Source: a virus
Virus record (IMG/VR): IMGVR_UViG_3300022555_002641
Location: 57,683 to 121,682 of that record
Strand: one strand, 5' to 3'
DNA: 64,000 nucleotides
Every line of letters starts with the position of its first letter. Position 1 is the first letter of the stretch. The notes under the pieces were generated by a model. That model saw only the letters and a program-made list of their open reading frames with translations. It was not told the origin of the DNA and did no database searches. The position numbers were made by a program, and so were the translations under genes. Below are positions 1 to 9,600 of the stretch, piece after piece.

Positions 1-537
1 AAATTCATTAATATCGAAATCGCAATCATCTTTAGTTTTAAATAGCTTAATAATAACAGATGTCAATCTATTTGATGAATCATATACATGATCACTTAAA
101 CGATAATTCTGCTGGGATAATCCAAGGATATGTTTTATATCTAAACTAATTTCTTGTATACTTTCAGTTAATCCTGTAAGTACTGAATTAATAGGATCAA
201 TATTAGGGATATCGGTATTTTTGGAAAGAATTGTTGATCCATTATTTATGAACGGTGTAGTGTAATCATCCGAATATAAATTATCATTAAATGTTACTGT
301 AAGATTTTCTACTTTGACAAGCCAATTATTTATAAGAAAATAATAACTTGGAGCATTTTGATTAACTGTTGTTGGATCACCGCCAAATGCCCTGAAAGCT
401 GCCAGCCACTGTGAATTATTATCCTGTAATACCCAATTCTTCCATTCCAAATAAAGATCAACTCGAACATCAATATCTGTTACGCCAGTGTTGATTATAA
501 TCAATCTATTTTGTCCATCAAATTGAACTTTTGACAT
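1..537 (-). CDS. Putative virion structural protein (runs off the window edge)
   Basis: ATG at 537 reads MSKVQFDGQNRLIIINTGVTDIDVRVDLYLEWKNW..., co-oriented with the tail-fibre-like genes; I translated only the N-terminal part by hand. Confidence 0.6.
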   Translation of the reverse strand, partial: MSKVQFDGQNRLIIINTGVTDIDVRVDLYLEWKNWVLQDNNSQWLAAFRAFGGDPTTVNQNAPSYYFLINNWLVKVENLTVTFNDNLYSDDYTTPFINNGSTILSKNTDIPNIDPINSVLTGLTESIQEISLDIKHILGLSQQNYRLSDHVYDSSNRLTSVIIKLFKTKDDCDFDINEF

Positions 538-553
538 TGTTTTATTTTTATTT

Positions 554-763
554 TTATATAAACCCAAAATCAGTAATTAGCACATTTGGTATTTCATTTA
601 ATGTATTTTCATCAAACAAAATATCATTTGTTGATCCATTTGTGCCAATTACCTCACTTGTTAATGGATTGTCGAATAATATATCATTTGTAGCACCACT
701 AACTCCTATTATTTCCATCTCAAAATAATCAGATTCTGAGAATATTATATCTACTATTGCCAT
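554..763 (-). CDS. Small acidic protein with an internal repeat (EI/VIG..G.TNDILFD x2)
   Basis: ORF track; fits operon spacing. Confidence 0.6.
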   Translation of the reverse strand: MAIVDIIFSESDYFEMEIIGVSGATNDILFDNPLTSEVIGTNGSTNDILFDENTLNEIPNVLITDFGFI

Positions 764-785
764 TTTATTTTAATTGATATATTTT

Positions 786-3700
786 TTATAATAATGTTAA
801 TACCGCTTTTATTCTTATATTATTTGCTGTTGAGGCTGGAGTATATCTTAAATAAGTAGTTTCATTTCCTTTATCATTATTTACCCAGTTAGACCAATTA
901 GTACCATCATTAGTTGATATTTCAAAACTACCAAGAGCTGGATTTGTTAATGTGTTATCATCACACTGCATAACACCTGAAATAGCATCATACAATCTAA
1001 CTCTTAAATTAGGAATAGTACCACCAGAAAGATTAAATGGTGTAGCAAATCTCCACGCAAATCGTTTATCCACAATTGATGATTTGCCAACTGATGGCTG
1101 ATAATGACTATCAGATGTTATACCATCTTCCCATGTTAAACCAAGTGATGTAATTTCTGGTGAAACACAAGTCCAATTAAGTATATCAAAAACTATCTTA
1201 AACTGAATTGAAGTGGCGGCTGTTACATCATATAATGTAGCTTCATCGTTAATTTTAACCCATACTCCAGAATTGTCAGAAATACCATTTGTTCTATAAT
1301 AAACATCATATCTTTCTTTTGCATAACTTCCACTACCACCTCTCTTTTCGGATACATATACTCTATAAAAAGCAGTAGCATTCGTTGTAATTATTTCTTT
1401 TGTTATAACATATGCACCATGTGCACCAACTTCTATTAATAATAATTGTTGAGCGGCAGCGGCAGCGGCAGTCAACCCTTGCCTTGTAACTATTAAAGTT
1501 CTATCAGCATAACCGACCCTTGCAGTAAGCATAGTTGCAGCTACAATAGGTAAAGGACCTGCTGCAATTGGATTCGTTTCAAAATTTACTGTTCCCCAAA
1601 ATCTTTCCAATGGTTGACCTGGATTATAAATTGCTCTATAATCTCTAAATGATCCATTAGTCACAATTATGAAATAATCATTAATTGGATCATATGCAAG
1701 TCCACCCCAGTTATTTACAGCTTGCTGAATCGTTGCACCTAATGGTGGTATATCAGTTATATAATCATCTTCACCAATTAATGTAGCGATAACCCTTCCA
1801 TTTGTATCAGCAATATCTGACTCATTAGGCCCAATATTTACATATTGGATTGTTGTTGCATTGGCATATGTTATAACGACTTGAATACCTGGTTCTTTTC
1901 CAAACCCGCCATTATTATAAGTTACACCACTAATACCAGTAAATCCATAAATAATAACTCTTTGGTTAACGGTAAAACTATGTGAAGCAAATGTTATTGT
2001 TGCGGTATTATTAAGTCTTGATCTTCTTGTTGTTGGGGTAGCATTTGTAAATCTACTTATAACAACTCGTCCAACCCTTGCAGCAGCAGTACCACGAGTA
2101 AAGAATAATGCAGTTACTCCTGAGATACCAACAGGATGATTAGAACCTGGAGTCGCTATTGTAATCTGTGATACAGTGGCGGATGGTAAGTTTGTAGCAT
2201 ATTCTGATGTCATAATTGCTGAACTATATCTTGATGTATCTGGAATGGTTATAATTCCATTTTGTGAGAGTGGAAGGGTACTTAAATCTAATAAATTTAA
2301 GGCTGGTGCAGCAACGGTATTAGTGGTTTGTATTACATATATTTTAAGATTACCGTTATTTACCCCAGTATTAGTTGGATCAGCAACAGTAATATTAGAA
2401 ATAGTAGATAATACATTATTTGTTGAGCCAACTTTAGCTGGATACATATTAGGTGCGGGACTACATCCAACAGCCTGTCCTATTGTTTGGGGTAAGTTAG
2501 TTAAAACACCATTCCAAGTTATACAATCGTGTGAATACGCAGCGGTAAATGACCCAGCACCCTTAGTACCTACCGCTGTAAATAACGTACCATTAAAACA
2601 GATTCCATTACCACCAGAAATTGCTGGAAACATAGTAACACCAGCACCAGTCCAGTTAATACCATCAGTAGACCAAGCTATTGTATGTGATGCCCCAATA
2701 CCAACAGCACACCATCTTGGTGTTATTGTCGTACCTGGTGTAACTATATTACCCACTTGTGCACCCCAACATACAGCATTTCCTTGAGTAAATGGTGGTG
2801 ATGCACAGGCAGTCCAAGTTGTACCATTAGAAGAATAAGCCATTGTCATACCACCAATTCCCATAGCAACATATTGAGTACCATTATAGGCTATACCGTA
2901 ACCCGCTGTAGAAAATGGTGAGTGTAATGCTCCACCGTCAGCCGCTTGACCATAACCAGTCCAAGTTATACCATCAGGTGATGATGCTAATGTATTTGTA
3001 CCTTGACCAACTGCCCAGAAATTTGTACCATCCCAGCAAACCCCGTAAGCTCCAGTAGTGAACACCCCAGTGGCTGTAATACCTTGTGCGGGAATAACCC
3101 AGTTTGTTCCATCATTACTATAAATAATAGAATTTGTACCAACCCCAACAGCTACCCATCTACCACCAACTCCAGCAATTTCACCATAACAAATACCTCT
3201 ACATCTCGTACCAAAGTTACCAACACCTGACGCAATACCAGTCCAAGCCATACCATCCCAAGACCAAGCCAGTGAGTTTGTCCCTTCACCACCAGCCACC
3301 CATAAGCCGCCACCATAAGCCACAGCCCAACCAGATGTTGCAAAAATAGTTGTTAATGCGGTATAAGTTGCAGCACCAGCCTGTGTTGCTAAAGTAGCAC
3401 CCGCTTGTGTTGAATATGAAATAAAGTTAGTACCAGCACCAACAACCACAGTTCTATCAACAACTCCTGATCTAATTAAATAACACATTCTTGGTGCAAT
3501 TGTATTAATACCAGAGGGTAAAGTCACACCAGCCCAATCATTTGCCGTAAGTCCATAAACCCAAGCAAGCCCACCCTGTAAAGGTGTTGCTGCTGTAAAA
3601 GCTATAATTACTTCTGTAGAACCCGAATTAACCCAAACATCTCTACACGTATTTACTTCTGATGTTTTAGATAAAGTCATAACAATATAACCCGCCCAAG

Positions 3701-3971
3701 CCAATGTTTTTTTATTCCATCTGTTTACTCTAACTGACGTACCAGACCCCATAGTAGAAACAGTATAAATATAATTTGAATCGGCATACACAGAGTTTGC
3801 TAATAATGCACCATTACCTTGCTCAAGATATGGTATTGCTCTTGGTAAAGGCACTCTAATTACACCATTAACAACTTCTAAACCACCAAAAATGCTATTT
3901 TTAGTCGAATCATATGTATTTCCTGTTGTGTATGTTTCAGTAAATTCTATTGTACTCCATTGTTTTGCCAT
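786..3971 (-). CDS. Large tail-fibre/receptor-binding-like virion protein with BNR/Asp-box-like S-x-D-G-x-x-W repeats
   Basis: 1061 aa, G/T/A-rich; repeats SWDGMAW, SNDGTNW, SPDGITW, SSNGTTW, STDGINW suggest a beta-propeller. Confidence 0.65.
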   Translation of the reverse strand: MAKQWSTIEFTETYTTGNTYDSTKNSIFGGLEVVNGVIRVPLPRAIPYLEQGNGALLANSVYADSNYIYTVSTMGSGTSVRVNRWNKKTLAWAGYIVMTLSKTSEVNTCRDVWVNSGSTEVIIAFTAATPLQGGLAWVYGLTANDWAGVTLPSGINTIAPRMCYLIRSGVVDRTVVVGAGTNFISYSTQAGATLATQAGAATYTALTTIFATSGWAVAYGGGLWVAGGEGTNSLAWSWDGMAWTGIASGVGNFGTRCRGICYGEIAGVGGRWVAVGVGTNSIIYSNDGTNWVIPAQGITATGVFTTGAYGVCWDGTNFWAVGQGTNTLASSPDGITWTGYGQAADGGALHSPFSTAGYGIAYNGTQYVAMGIGGMTMAYSSNGTTWTACASPPFTQGNAVCWGAQVGNIVTPGTTITPRWCAVGIGASHTIAWSTDGINWTGAGVTMFPAISGGNGICFNGTLFTAVGTKGAGSFTAAYSHDCITWNGVLTNLPQTIGQAVGCSPAPNMYPAKVGSTNNVLSTISNITVADPTNTGVNNGNLKIYVIQTTNTVAAPALNLLDLSTLPLSQNGIITIPDTSRYSSAIMTSEYATNLPSATVSQITIATPGSNHPVGISGVTALFFTRGTAAARVGRVVISRFTNATPTTRRSRLNNTATITFASHSFTVNQRVIIYGFTGISGVTYNNGGFGKEPGIQVVITYANATTIQYVNIGPNESDIADTNGRVIATLIGEDDYITDIPPLGATIQQAVNNWGGLAYDPINDYFIIVTNGSFRDYRAIYNPGQPLERFWGTVNFETNPIAAGPLPIVAATMLTARVGYADRTLIVTRQGLTAAAAAAQQLLLIEVGAHGAYVITKEIITTNATAFYRVYVSEKRGGSGSYAKERYDVYYRTNGISDNSGVWVKINDEATLYDVTAATSIQFKIVFDILNWTCVSPEITSLGLTWEDGITSDSHYQPSVGKSSIVDKRFAWRFATPFNLSGGTIPNLRVRLYDAISGVMQCDDNTLTNPALGSFEISTNDGTNWSNWVNNDKGNETTYLRYTPASTANNIRIKAVLTLL

Positions 3972-3989
3972 AATATTATTATTTATTTT

Positions 3990-5936
3990 TTAAATTTGTA
4001 TTTTTAATTGAACTGATATATCTCCGCCAGCCATCGTATTTCCAACTTGATCTACATCTATTGATAAAATATCCCCTTCTACAAGTGAAGTTGTATCAAA
4101 ATTTGATTGAGTTCCATAAGTTTGCCCACTTAAAATTTTTAATCTATTGGATTGTGTAATATTCCATATACTCACACCATTTATATTTATATCAAAAATA
4201 TCGTCCGTTCCTTGTGGGCCAGTTCCAGAACTAACATATGCTTTCAATATTGTTCCTATATACGGAACTATTACTCTTGTTTTATTAGTTCCAGTTGTTA
4301 GTGCTGTACCTACTGCTAATAAAAACGTAATATTAGATATACCTAAACCTGAACTACCTGAAGTTCCTGATGATCCAGAATTACCATCTATCCCAGATGT
4401 TCCTGAAGACCCTGATGACCCAGAATTACCATCTATCCCAGATGTTCCTGAAGACCCAGATGTTCCTGAAGACCCAGATGTACCATCGATTCCTGATGTT
4501 CCTGAAGACCCTGATGACCCAGAATTACCATCTATCCCAGATGTTCCTGAAGACCCAGATGTTCCTGAAGACCCAGATGTACCATCGATTCCTGATGTTC
4601 CTGAACTTCCAGATGATCCTGATATACCGTCAATTCCTGAACTTCCCGAACTTCCTGATCCTCCATCAGTCCCAGAACTTCCAGAACTTCCTGAACTTCC
4701 TGTTCCTCCATCAGTTCCAGAACTTCCTGAGCTCCCTGAACTTCCTGACCCATCAGTCCCAGAACTACCTGAACTTCCTGAGCTTCCTGTTCCACCATCA
4801 ACCCCAGAACTACCTGATGTGCCATCAGTTCCTGAACTGCCTGATGAACCTGAACTACCGTCAACACCTGATGAACCTGAACTACCAGAACTTCCTGAAC
4901 TACCAGAACTTCCTGATGTGCCATCAGTTCCTGAACTGCCTGATGATCCTGAACTACCTGAAATTCCAGCACTTCCTGATGTGCCATCAGTTCCTGAACT
5001 GCCTGATGAACCTGAACTACCTGAAATTCCAGAACTACCTGATGTGCCATCAGTTCCTGAACTGCCTGATGATCCTGAACTACCTGAAATTCCAGAACTA
5101 CCTGATGTGCCATCAGTTCCTGAACTGCCTGATGAACCTGAACTACCAGAACTTCCTGATCCATCTGTCCCTGAGCTTCCTGAACTACCTGATGACCCAT
5201 CGGTTCCAGAACTACCTGATGATCCTGAAGAACCAGCTCCACCATCAGCACCAGAAGAACCAGAAGAACCAGAACTACCTGAAGACCCAGTTCCGCCATC
5301 GGTACCCGAAGAACCAGAACTACCTGATGAACCAGTTCTACCATCAGTGCCTGATGACCCAGATGACCCTGAAGAACCATCTGTACCTGATATTCCAGAA
5401 GAACCTGATGTACCATCACTACCCGATACTCCTGAAGACCCAGATGTACCATCACTCCCTGATATTCCTGATGACCCAGATGTACCATCACTACCTGAGC
5501 TTCCATCAACACCAGATGTTCCTGAAGTTCCAAAATTTGCGCCATCAACCCCTGAAGAACCTGACGTACCAGAAGTTCCAGAAGTGCTTGTCTTTCCACT
5601 ATAATTCCAATCTTTATCGGGGGAAAACAGAATTGTTGTTGCCCCACTTGTTATAATACCTGTAGTAATTGTATATTTACCAATACCCAAACCAATAGCA
5701 ACGGCAGTATAATCAGCATCAGTATTTGGAGTTCGACCACCTTGAGTGTTTCCAGTATAATCAAAAGTAAAATAAATTGAAGTCCTTCCAGACACATATC
5801 CAGTAATTGGATTCCCATCAGAATCTTGAATTAAGATAGCATTATTGGTTCCAAAAGAATTTGTAAAATAAATCCAATATTTAGATTGCTGATCATTAGC
5901 AAGATAATTGTTAAATAATATATTACCAGTAGACAT
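3990..5936 (-). CDS. Gly-Ser/Thr collagen-like (G-X-Y) repeat virion fibre protein
   Basis: About 410 aa of GSS/GTS/GTD triplets between globular N- and C-terminal domains; ATG at 5936. Confidence 0.75.
   Translation of the reverse strand: MSTGNILFNNYLANDQQSKYWIYFTNSFGTNNAILIQDSDGNPITGYVSGRTSIYFTFDYTGNTQGGRTPNTDADYTAVAIGLGIGKYTITTGIITSGATTILFSPDKDWNYSGKTSTSGTSGTSGSSGVDGANFGTSGTSGVDGSSGSDGTSGSSGISGSDGTSGSSGVSGSDGTSGSSGISGTDGSSGSSGSSGTDGRTGSSGSSGSSGTDGGTGSSGSSGSSGSSGADGGAGSSGSSGSSGTDGSSGSSGSSGTDGSGSSGSSGSSGSSGTDGTSGSSGISGSSGSSGSSGTDGTSGSSGISGSSGSSGSSGTDGTSGSAGISGSSGSSGSSGTDGTSGSSGSSGSSGSSGSSGVDGSSGSSGSSGTDGTSGSSGVDGGTGSSGSSGSSGTDGSGSSGSSGSSGTDGGTGSSGSSGSSGTDGGSGSSGSSGIDGISGSSGSSGTSGIDGTSGSSGTSGSSGTSGIDGNSGSSGSSGTSGIDGTSGSSGTSGSSGTSGIDGNSGSSGSSGTSGIDGNSGSSGTSGSSGLGISNITFLLAVGTALTTGTNKTRVIVPYIGTILKAYVSSGTGPQGTDDIFDININGVSIWNITQSNRLKILSGQTYGTQSNFDTTSLVEGDILSIDVDQVGNTMAGGDISVQLKIQI
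4345..5590 (-). repeat. Coding tandem 9-bp-unit repeat (G-X-Y triplets)
   Basis: Repeated cctgaacta/ccagatgtt/cctgatgat-type units on the + strand. Confidence 0.9.
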
Positions 5937-6054
5937 CAAAAAAGTCGTTTTTTCAATGACTATATATAATTTACTAACAGTCAGAATTTAATTGGTTGGT
6001 AAAAAAAATTTTTGATGGAAAATATTAATATATACTAAAAAATAATATCATCGT

Positions 6055-6549
6055 ATGGAATTCTTCAATAATAAAGAAAACGAAAATCTGAAATTTAAAA
6101 TAAATAGCGAAGGTATCGACACAGAAAAAGTTGAGCCAAGACTTATATTAACAACAAAAGAAAATAAGAATTACTTATTCTTCGGGGAAATTCACAATGG
6201 TGTTTGTAAATTTAATATTCCAGAATTGGGACTATATGAAAAAGGAGAGCAGGGAAAGATTAGATTTGAAATTATATCCGAAGATTTGTATTTCCCAGTA
6301 TGGCAAGATACTTTTGAAATTAAATCAAAAGCTTCAATTAAGATAGAAGAAATGATTTCTGAAATTAACAAAGAAACAATTAAAACAAAGGCTAAAATAT
6401 CTTCTGAAATTATCAGGGATATTAAACCAGAACCAAAAAAAGAAGCACCAGTATTTGAAAAATTAAAAGATACAAAACCAGAAATAAAAACTGTAGCAAA
6501 ACAAGATTTAAAATCCGATAATAAAATAAAAGGATTTGAAGATTTCTAA
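6055..6549 (+). CDS. Hypothetical protein, C-terminal KIKGFEDF motif
   Basis: ORF preceded by AATATATA (6027-6034) and followed by a hairpin plus T-run at about 6580-6603. Confidence 0.7.
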   Translation: MEFFNNKENENLKFKINSEGIDTEKVEPRLILTTKENKNYLFFGEIHNGVCKFNIPELGLYEKGEQGKIRFEIISEDLYFPVWQDTFEIKSKASIKIEEMISEINKETIKTKAKISSEIIRDIKPEPKKEAPVFEKLKDTKPEIKTVAKQDLKSDNKIKGFEDF

Positions 6550-6652
6550 ATATAATCGTAAAAACATCATTATTAAATTAGGGCAATAAAATGCCCTTTT
6601 TTATTTCTGAAAAAAGAGACTTCAATTTATTTATATATACATATAAAACAAT

Positions 6653-6823
6653 ATGAAACTGCAAAAAACATTTACGATTGATGAAAAAATTTCCAAACTC
6701 TTTGACGAATTAGCAAAGAAGAATTCAATAAACAAATCATTATTTGTTGAAAATTCCATGTTGGAATATATTCAATATGAAAAATTGAATATTGATAAAA
6801 AAATATCATATGATAATGAATGA
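6653..6823 (+). CDS. Small ribbon-helix-helix-like DNA-binding protein (56 aa, not in ORF track)
   Basis: MKLQKTFTIDEKISKLFDELAKKNSINKSLFVENSMLEYI...: alternating beta strand then two helices, typical RHH pattern. Confidence 0.6.
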   Translation: MKLQKTFTIDEKISKLFDELAKKNSINKSLFVENSMLEYIQYEKLNIDKKISYDNE

Positions 6824-7610
6824 ATATTATGTTTATATTTATTTAGACCCTCGAAAAAAAGGAAAATTTATATATGGTGATTTAGAATTTGAATATGAAC
6901 CTTTTTATGTTGGGAAGGGAAAAGGTGATAGAATTTATAGGCATTTGCATTTATATAAAAGTGATTATACAAATGAATATAAATATAATAAAATAAGAAA
7001 AATAAAATTAGAAAATTTAGAACCAGTAGTTATAAAAATTTTCGATAATTTAGATGAAAAAAACGCATTTAAAAAAGAAAACGAAACAATTTTAAAAATT
7101 GGAAGATTGAAAAACGGACCATTAATAAATTTTAGTGATGGTGGGGAAGGTCAAAGTGGTTATAAACATCGTGAAGAAGATAAAAAGAAAATCGGAGAAC
7201 GTGTAAAAAATTCAGAAAAATGGCAAATCGCAATAAAAAGTGATGAACATAAAAAGAATTTAAGCAAATCTTTAATGGGGCACGAGGGACATGTATTTAT
7301 CCATAGTGATAAAGCTAAAGAAAAAATAAGAATTGCTCAATCTGGAAATAATAATTCATTTTATAAAAAAACTCACACAAAAACTCTTAAAAATAAATGG
7401 AGTAGTGAGCGAAAAGGAAATAATAACCAGAATTCAGTATTATATGAAATTAAATCCCCAATTGGCGATATACTGAAATTTAAAGGTATGAACGAAATAA
7501 AAGATTATACCAGTAAAACTAAATTGTTTAGTCCTACCAGTATAATCAAATATGGAATTTCTAAAGGATATCAAATAATATCCAAAATCAAATTAAACAA
7601 GATTTTTTAA
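6816..7610 (+). CDS. GIY-YIG homing endonuclease with NUMOD3-like repeats
   Basis: YYVYIYLDPR...PFYVGKG...R, N-x-x-DGGEG, and repeated H-x-E-E/D-x-K-x-K-I motifs. Confidence 0.85.
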   Translation: MNEYYVYIYLDPRKKGKFIYGDLEFEYEPFYVGKGKGDRIYRHLHLYKSDYTNEYKYNKIRKIKLENLEPVVIKIFDNLDEKNAFKKENETILKIGRLKNGPLINFSDGGEGQSGYKHREEDKKKIGERVKNSEKWQIAIKSDEHKKNLSKSLMGHEGHVFIHSDKAKEKIRIAQSGNNNSFYKKTHTKTLKNKWSSERKGNNNQNSVLYEIKSPIGDILKFKGMNEIKDYTSKTKLFSPTSIIKYGISKGYQIISKIKLNKIF

Positions 7611-8471
7611 TTTCAATGCTCTTAATAATCTCGTTAAACCGCAACCACATCCATACCTATTAATCATAGTTAAATTCAAGAACTCTTCTAATTCTTTTTC
7701 AACCCTATCTTTACCAAATTCATTATAAAGTAATTTAGCATACATTCCATCTGATATTGTATGAAAACTATTTCTCATTTGAACTACATCCACAGACCTT
7801 TCAGCCGATCCAAATGTTTCTTGACCGCAAATTATAAAATCACATTTATTGAATATTTTTTCATTGGTTAAATTACTATATCCATTGTTTTTCATATTAA
7901 AAAACGGGGAAGTTCTCTCAGGAAAATTTATAATTCCAACAACATCCCCATACTCTTTCCATAATCTGGTTTCTTGATCAGATTCTAAATAGTTAACTCC
8001 ATATTTAATACATAATTCATCATATGTAAATATAGGAATATTATCAACAGAATCAATAAATCCCATATATACTGCTAATTCACTAAGAGTATTTATGAGG
8101 TCTGAAAATATTCCTTTGTGCTCAAATTCCCACATGGGGAACGTTAAATCGTGTCTGCCTGGTATAGGGGCTGGCTCATCACGATATGATGCGGTTAGAC
8201 AAAAAAGTCCATCCAATTTATCAGCATACATCATTAATTCTTTTTCCAAATGCATTTGTGAAGTTTGGGGAAGGGGCCAAATATCACCATCAAAATTAAA
8301 ACTCCTAACTGTTTTTGGGTCTTCACACGCAGCTAAGATACTTAGCCGTGATTGTGGAAATGTTTCTAAATAACCTTTTTCAATAAAAAACCCTCTCAAC
8401 TTTGATATCATTTTGTTAAAGTCTTGAGGGTCAATGATTTTCTGTTCGTAAACTCGTTTGTTCATGGGCAT
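7593..8471 (-). CDS. Class II aaRS catalytic-domain-only protein (AsnRS-like / archaeal-type asparagine synthetase A-like)
   Basis: LPQTSQMHLE, SYRDE...GRH...F.M.EFE (motif 2), QETFGSAER, GCGCGLTRL (motif 3); no anticodon-binding OB domain. Confidence 0.8.
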   Translation of the reverse strand: MPMNKRVYEQKIIDPQDFNKMISKLRGFFIEKGYLETFPQSRLSILAACEDPKTVRSFNFDGDIWPLPQTSQMHLEKELMMYADKLDGLFCLTASYRDEPAPIPGRHDLTFPMWEFEHKGIFSDLINTLSELAVYMGFIDSVDNIPIFTYDELCIKYGVNYLESDQETRLWKEYGDVVGIINFPERTSPFFNMKNNGYSNLTNEKIFNKCDFIICGQETFGSAERSVDVVQMRNSFHTISDGMYAKLLYNEFGKDRVEKELEEFLNLTMINRYGCGCGLTRLLRALKLKNLV

Positions 8472-8538
8472 TTTTTTTTTAGAAGGCAATACCTTCCAAA
8501 AAATGCACTTAAAAATTAAACTTCACTATATATTAAAA

Positions 8539-9291
8539 TTATAAATCAAATCTTTGTTGAATCTTTACTTTTTTAAATTCTTTTACAATTTCTGGAAATA
8601 ATCTTTGAAATTTTATAAAAAACATAAATCTACTATCGGTTGCATATTCTACAAAATCCCAAACGTTCATACCATTCATATCTTTGTAATATGGATCACC
8701 ACCAGCATTATAAATTATCTTAAATGCTTCTAAAGCATTATCTTCGTTACTTTGCCTTATATCCTGAAATACTAATATTAATGGAGTTGCCCCGCCTTTA
8801 GTTTTAGAATTTGGATTTGCTCCAGCGTCAATAAGTAATTTTGCTATAATAGGATTTTTATTCACTGCCGATTGATGTAATGGGGTACAATTAAATTGAT
8901 CGCCCTTATTTACATCCGCCCCGTTATTTATTAAAAATTTAGCTAAACTATCTAATTCAGATTTACACGCTTTAAGTAGTGCTGATTCGGATGGGGAATC
9001 CAAATCACAAACATCATCTATTAATTGAGGGTTTTTTTTTAATAATCTTTTCATTTGACTGAACACATAAGATTCCCCTCCAATACCTGATACTTCCCCA
9101 GCTCGTCCACTTATAATTAAGTTAACCAATCTTGACCATAATTGCTCAGGGGTTTCACCTTCTCGGTTAAAAGATTCGAATATATTAAAATTATAAATCA
9201 AATCTTTGTTGTATTTTCTTTTTTTTGTATTCTTTATCAAACTCACGATATAATGCACGTTCTTCCTTTGTCGCCAAATGATAACAACCAT
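8539..9291 (-). CDS. Ankyrin-repeat protein (true start uncertain)
   Basis: LINNGADVN..D....TPLH.SA, LLIDAGANPN, GATPL repeats; ends KIQQRFDL. Confidence 0.75.
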   Translation of the reverse strand: MVVIIWRQRKNVHYIVSLIKNTKKRKYNKDLIYNFNIFESFNREGETPEQLWSRLVNLIISGRAGEVSGIGGESYVFSQMKRLLKKNPQLIDDVCDLDSPSESALLKACKSELDSLAKFLINNGADVNKGDQFNCTPLHQSAVNKNPIIAKLLIDAGANPNSKTKGGATPLILVFQDIRQSNEDNALEAFKIIYNAGGDPYYKDMNGMNVWDFVEYATDSRFMFFIKFQRLFPEIVKEFKKVKIQQRFDL

Positions 9292-9532
9292 TTGTTAAAA
9301 CTGTGGATGTCGAATCACAAAATTTTTTAAAATCGCCATACCATCCACCATCATCAATAACATATCCCTCAAAATCGCACATCCCTGTTGGTGTACTTGC
9401 GGTTTCTCGTCTTTTACGAACTAATTTAGAAAGAGTTATAAATCGATCTGGATACTCAACTCTAAAAATATCCCCACTCCGTATATTACGAACTGAATTT
9501 ATAATTCTTTCAAATGTTTTAATATATTTCAT
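9191..9532 (-). CDS. Hypothetical protein, N-terminal MKYIKTFE and C-terminal KIQQRFDL motifs
   Basis: ORF with AATATATA 7 nt upstream (9539-9546). Confidence 0.75.
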   Translation of the reverse strand: MKYIKTFERIINSVRNIRSGDIFRVEYPDRFITLSKLVRKRRETASTPTGMCDFEGYVIDDGGWYGDFKKFCDSTSTVLTNGCYHLATKEERALYREFDKEYKKKKIQQRFDL

Positions 9533-9600
9533 ATAAGGTATATATTTTATAAACTTATTGATTTTTTTTATCTAAAAATGAAAAACTAAAATTATTTATT

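Noticed and set aside
2176-3349. Antisense ORFs within the tail-fibre gene (similarly 42325-43110 and 35358-35774 in other genes)
   Set aside because: Shadows of strongly supported genes on the opposite strand with no recognisable motifs.
4345-5590. Repeat region as a CRISPR array
   Set aside because: 9-bp coding units without unique spacers; no cas genes.
4147-5656. Long + strand PELPD-repeat ORF and other alternative-frame ORFs over the repeat
   Set aside because: Antisense or frame shadows of the G-X-Y repeat gene; neighbours and the promoter motif are on the minus strand.
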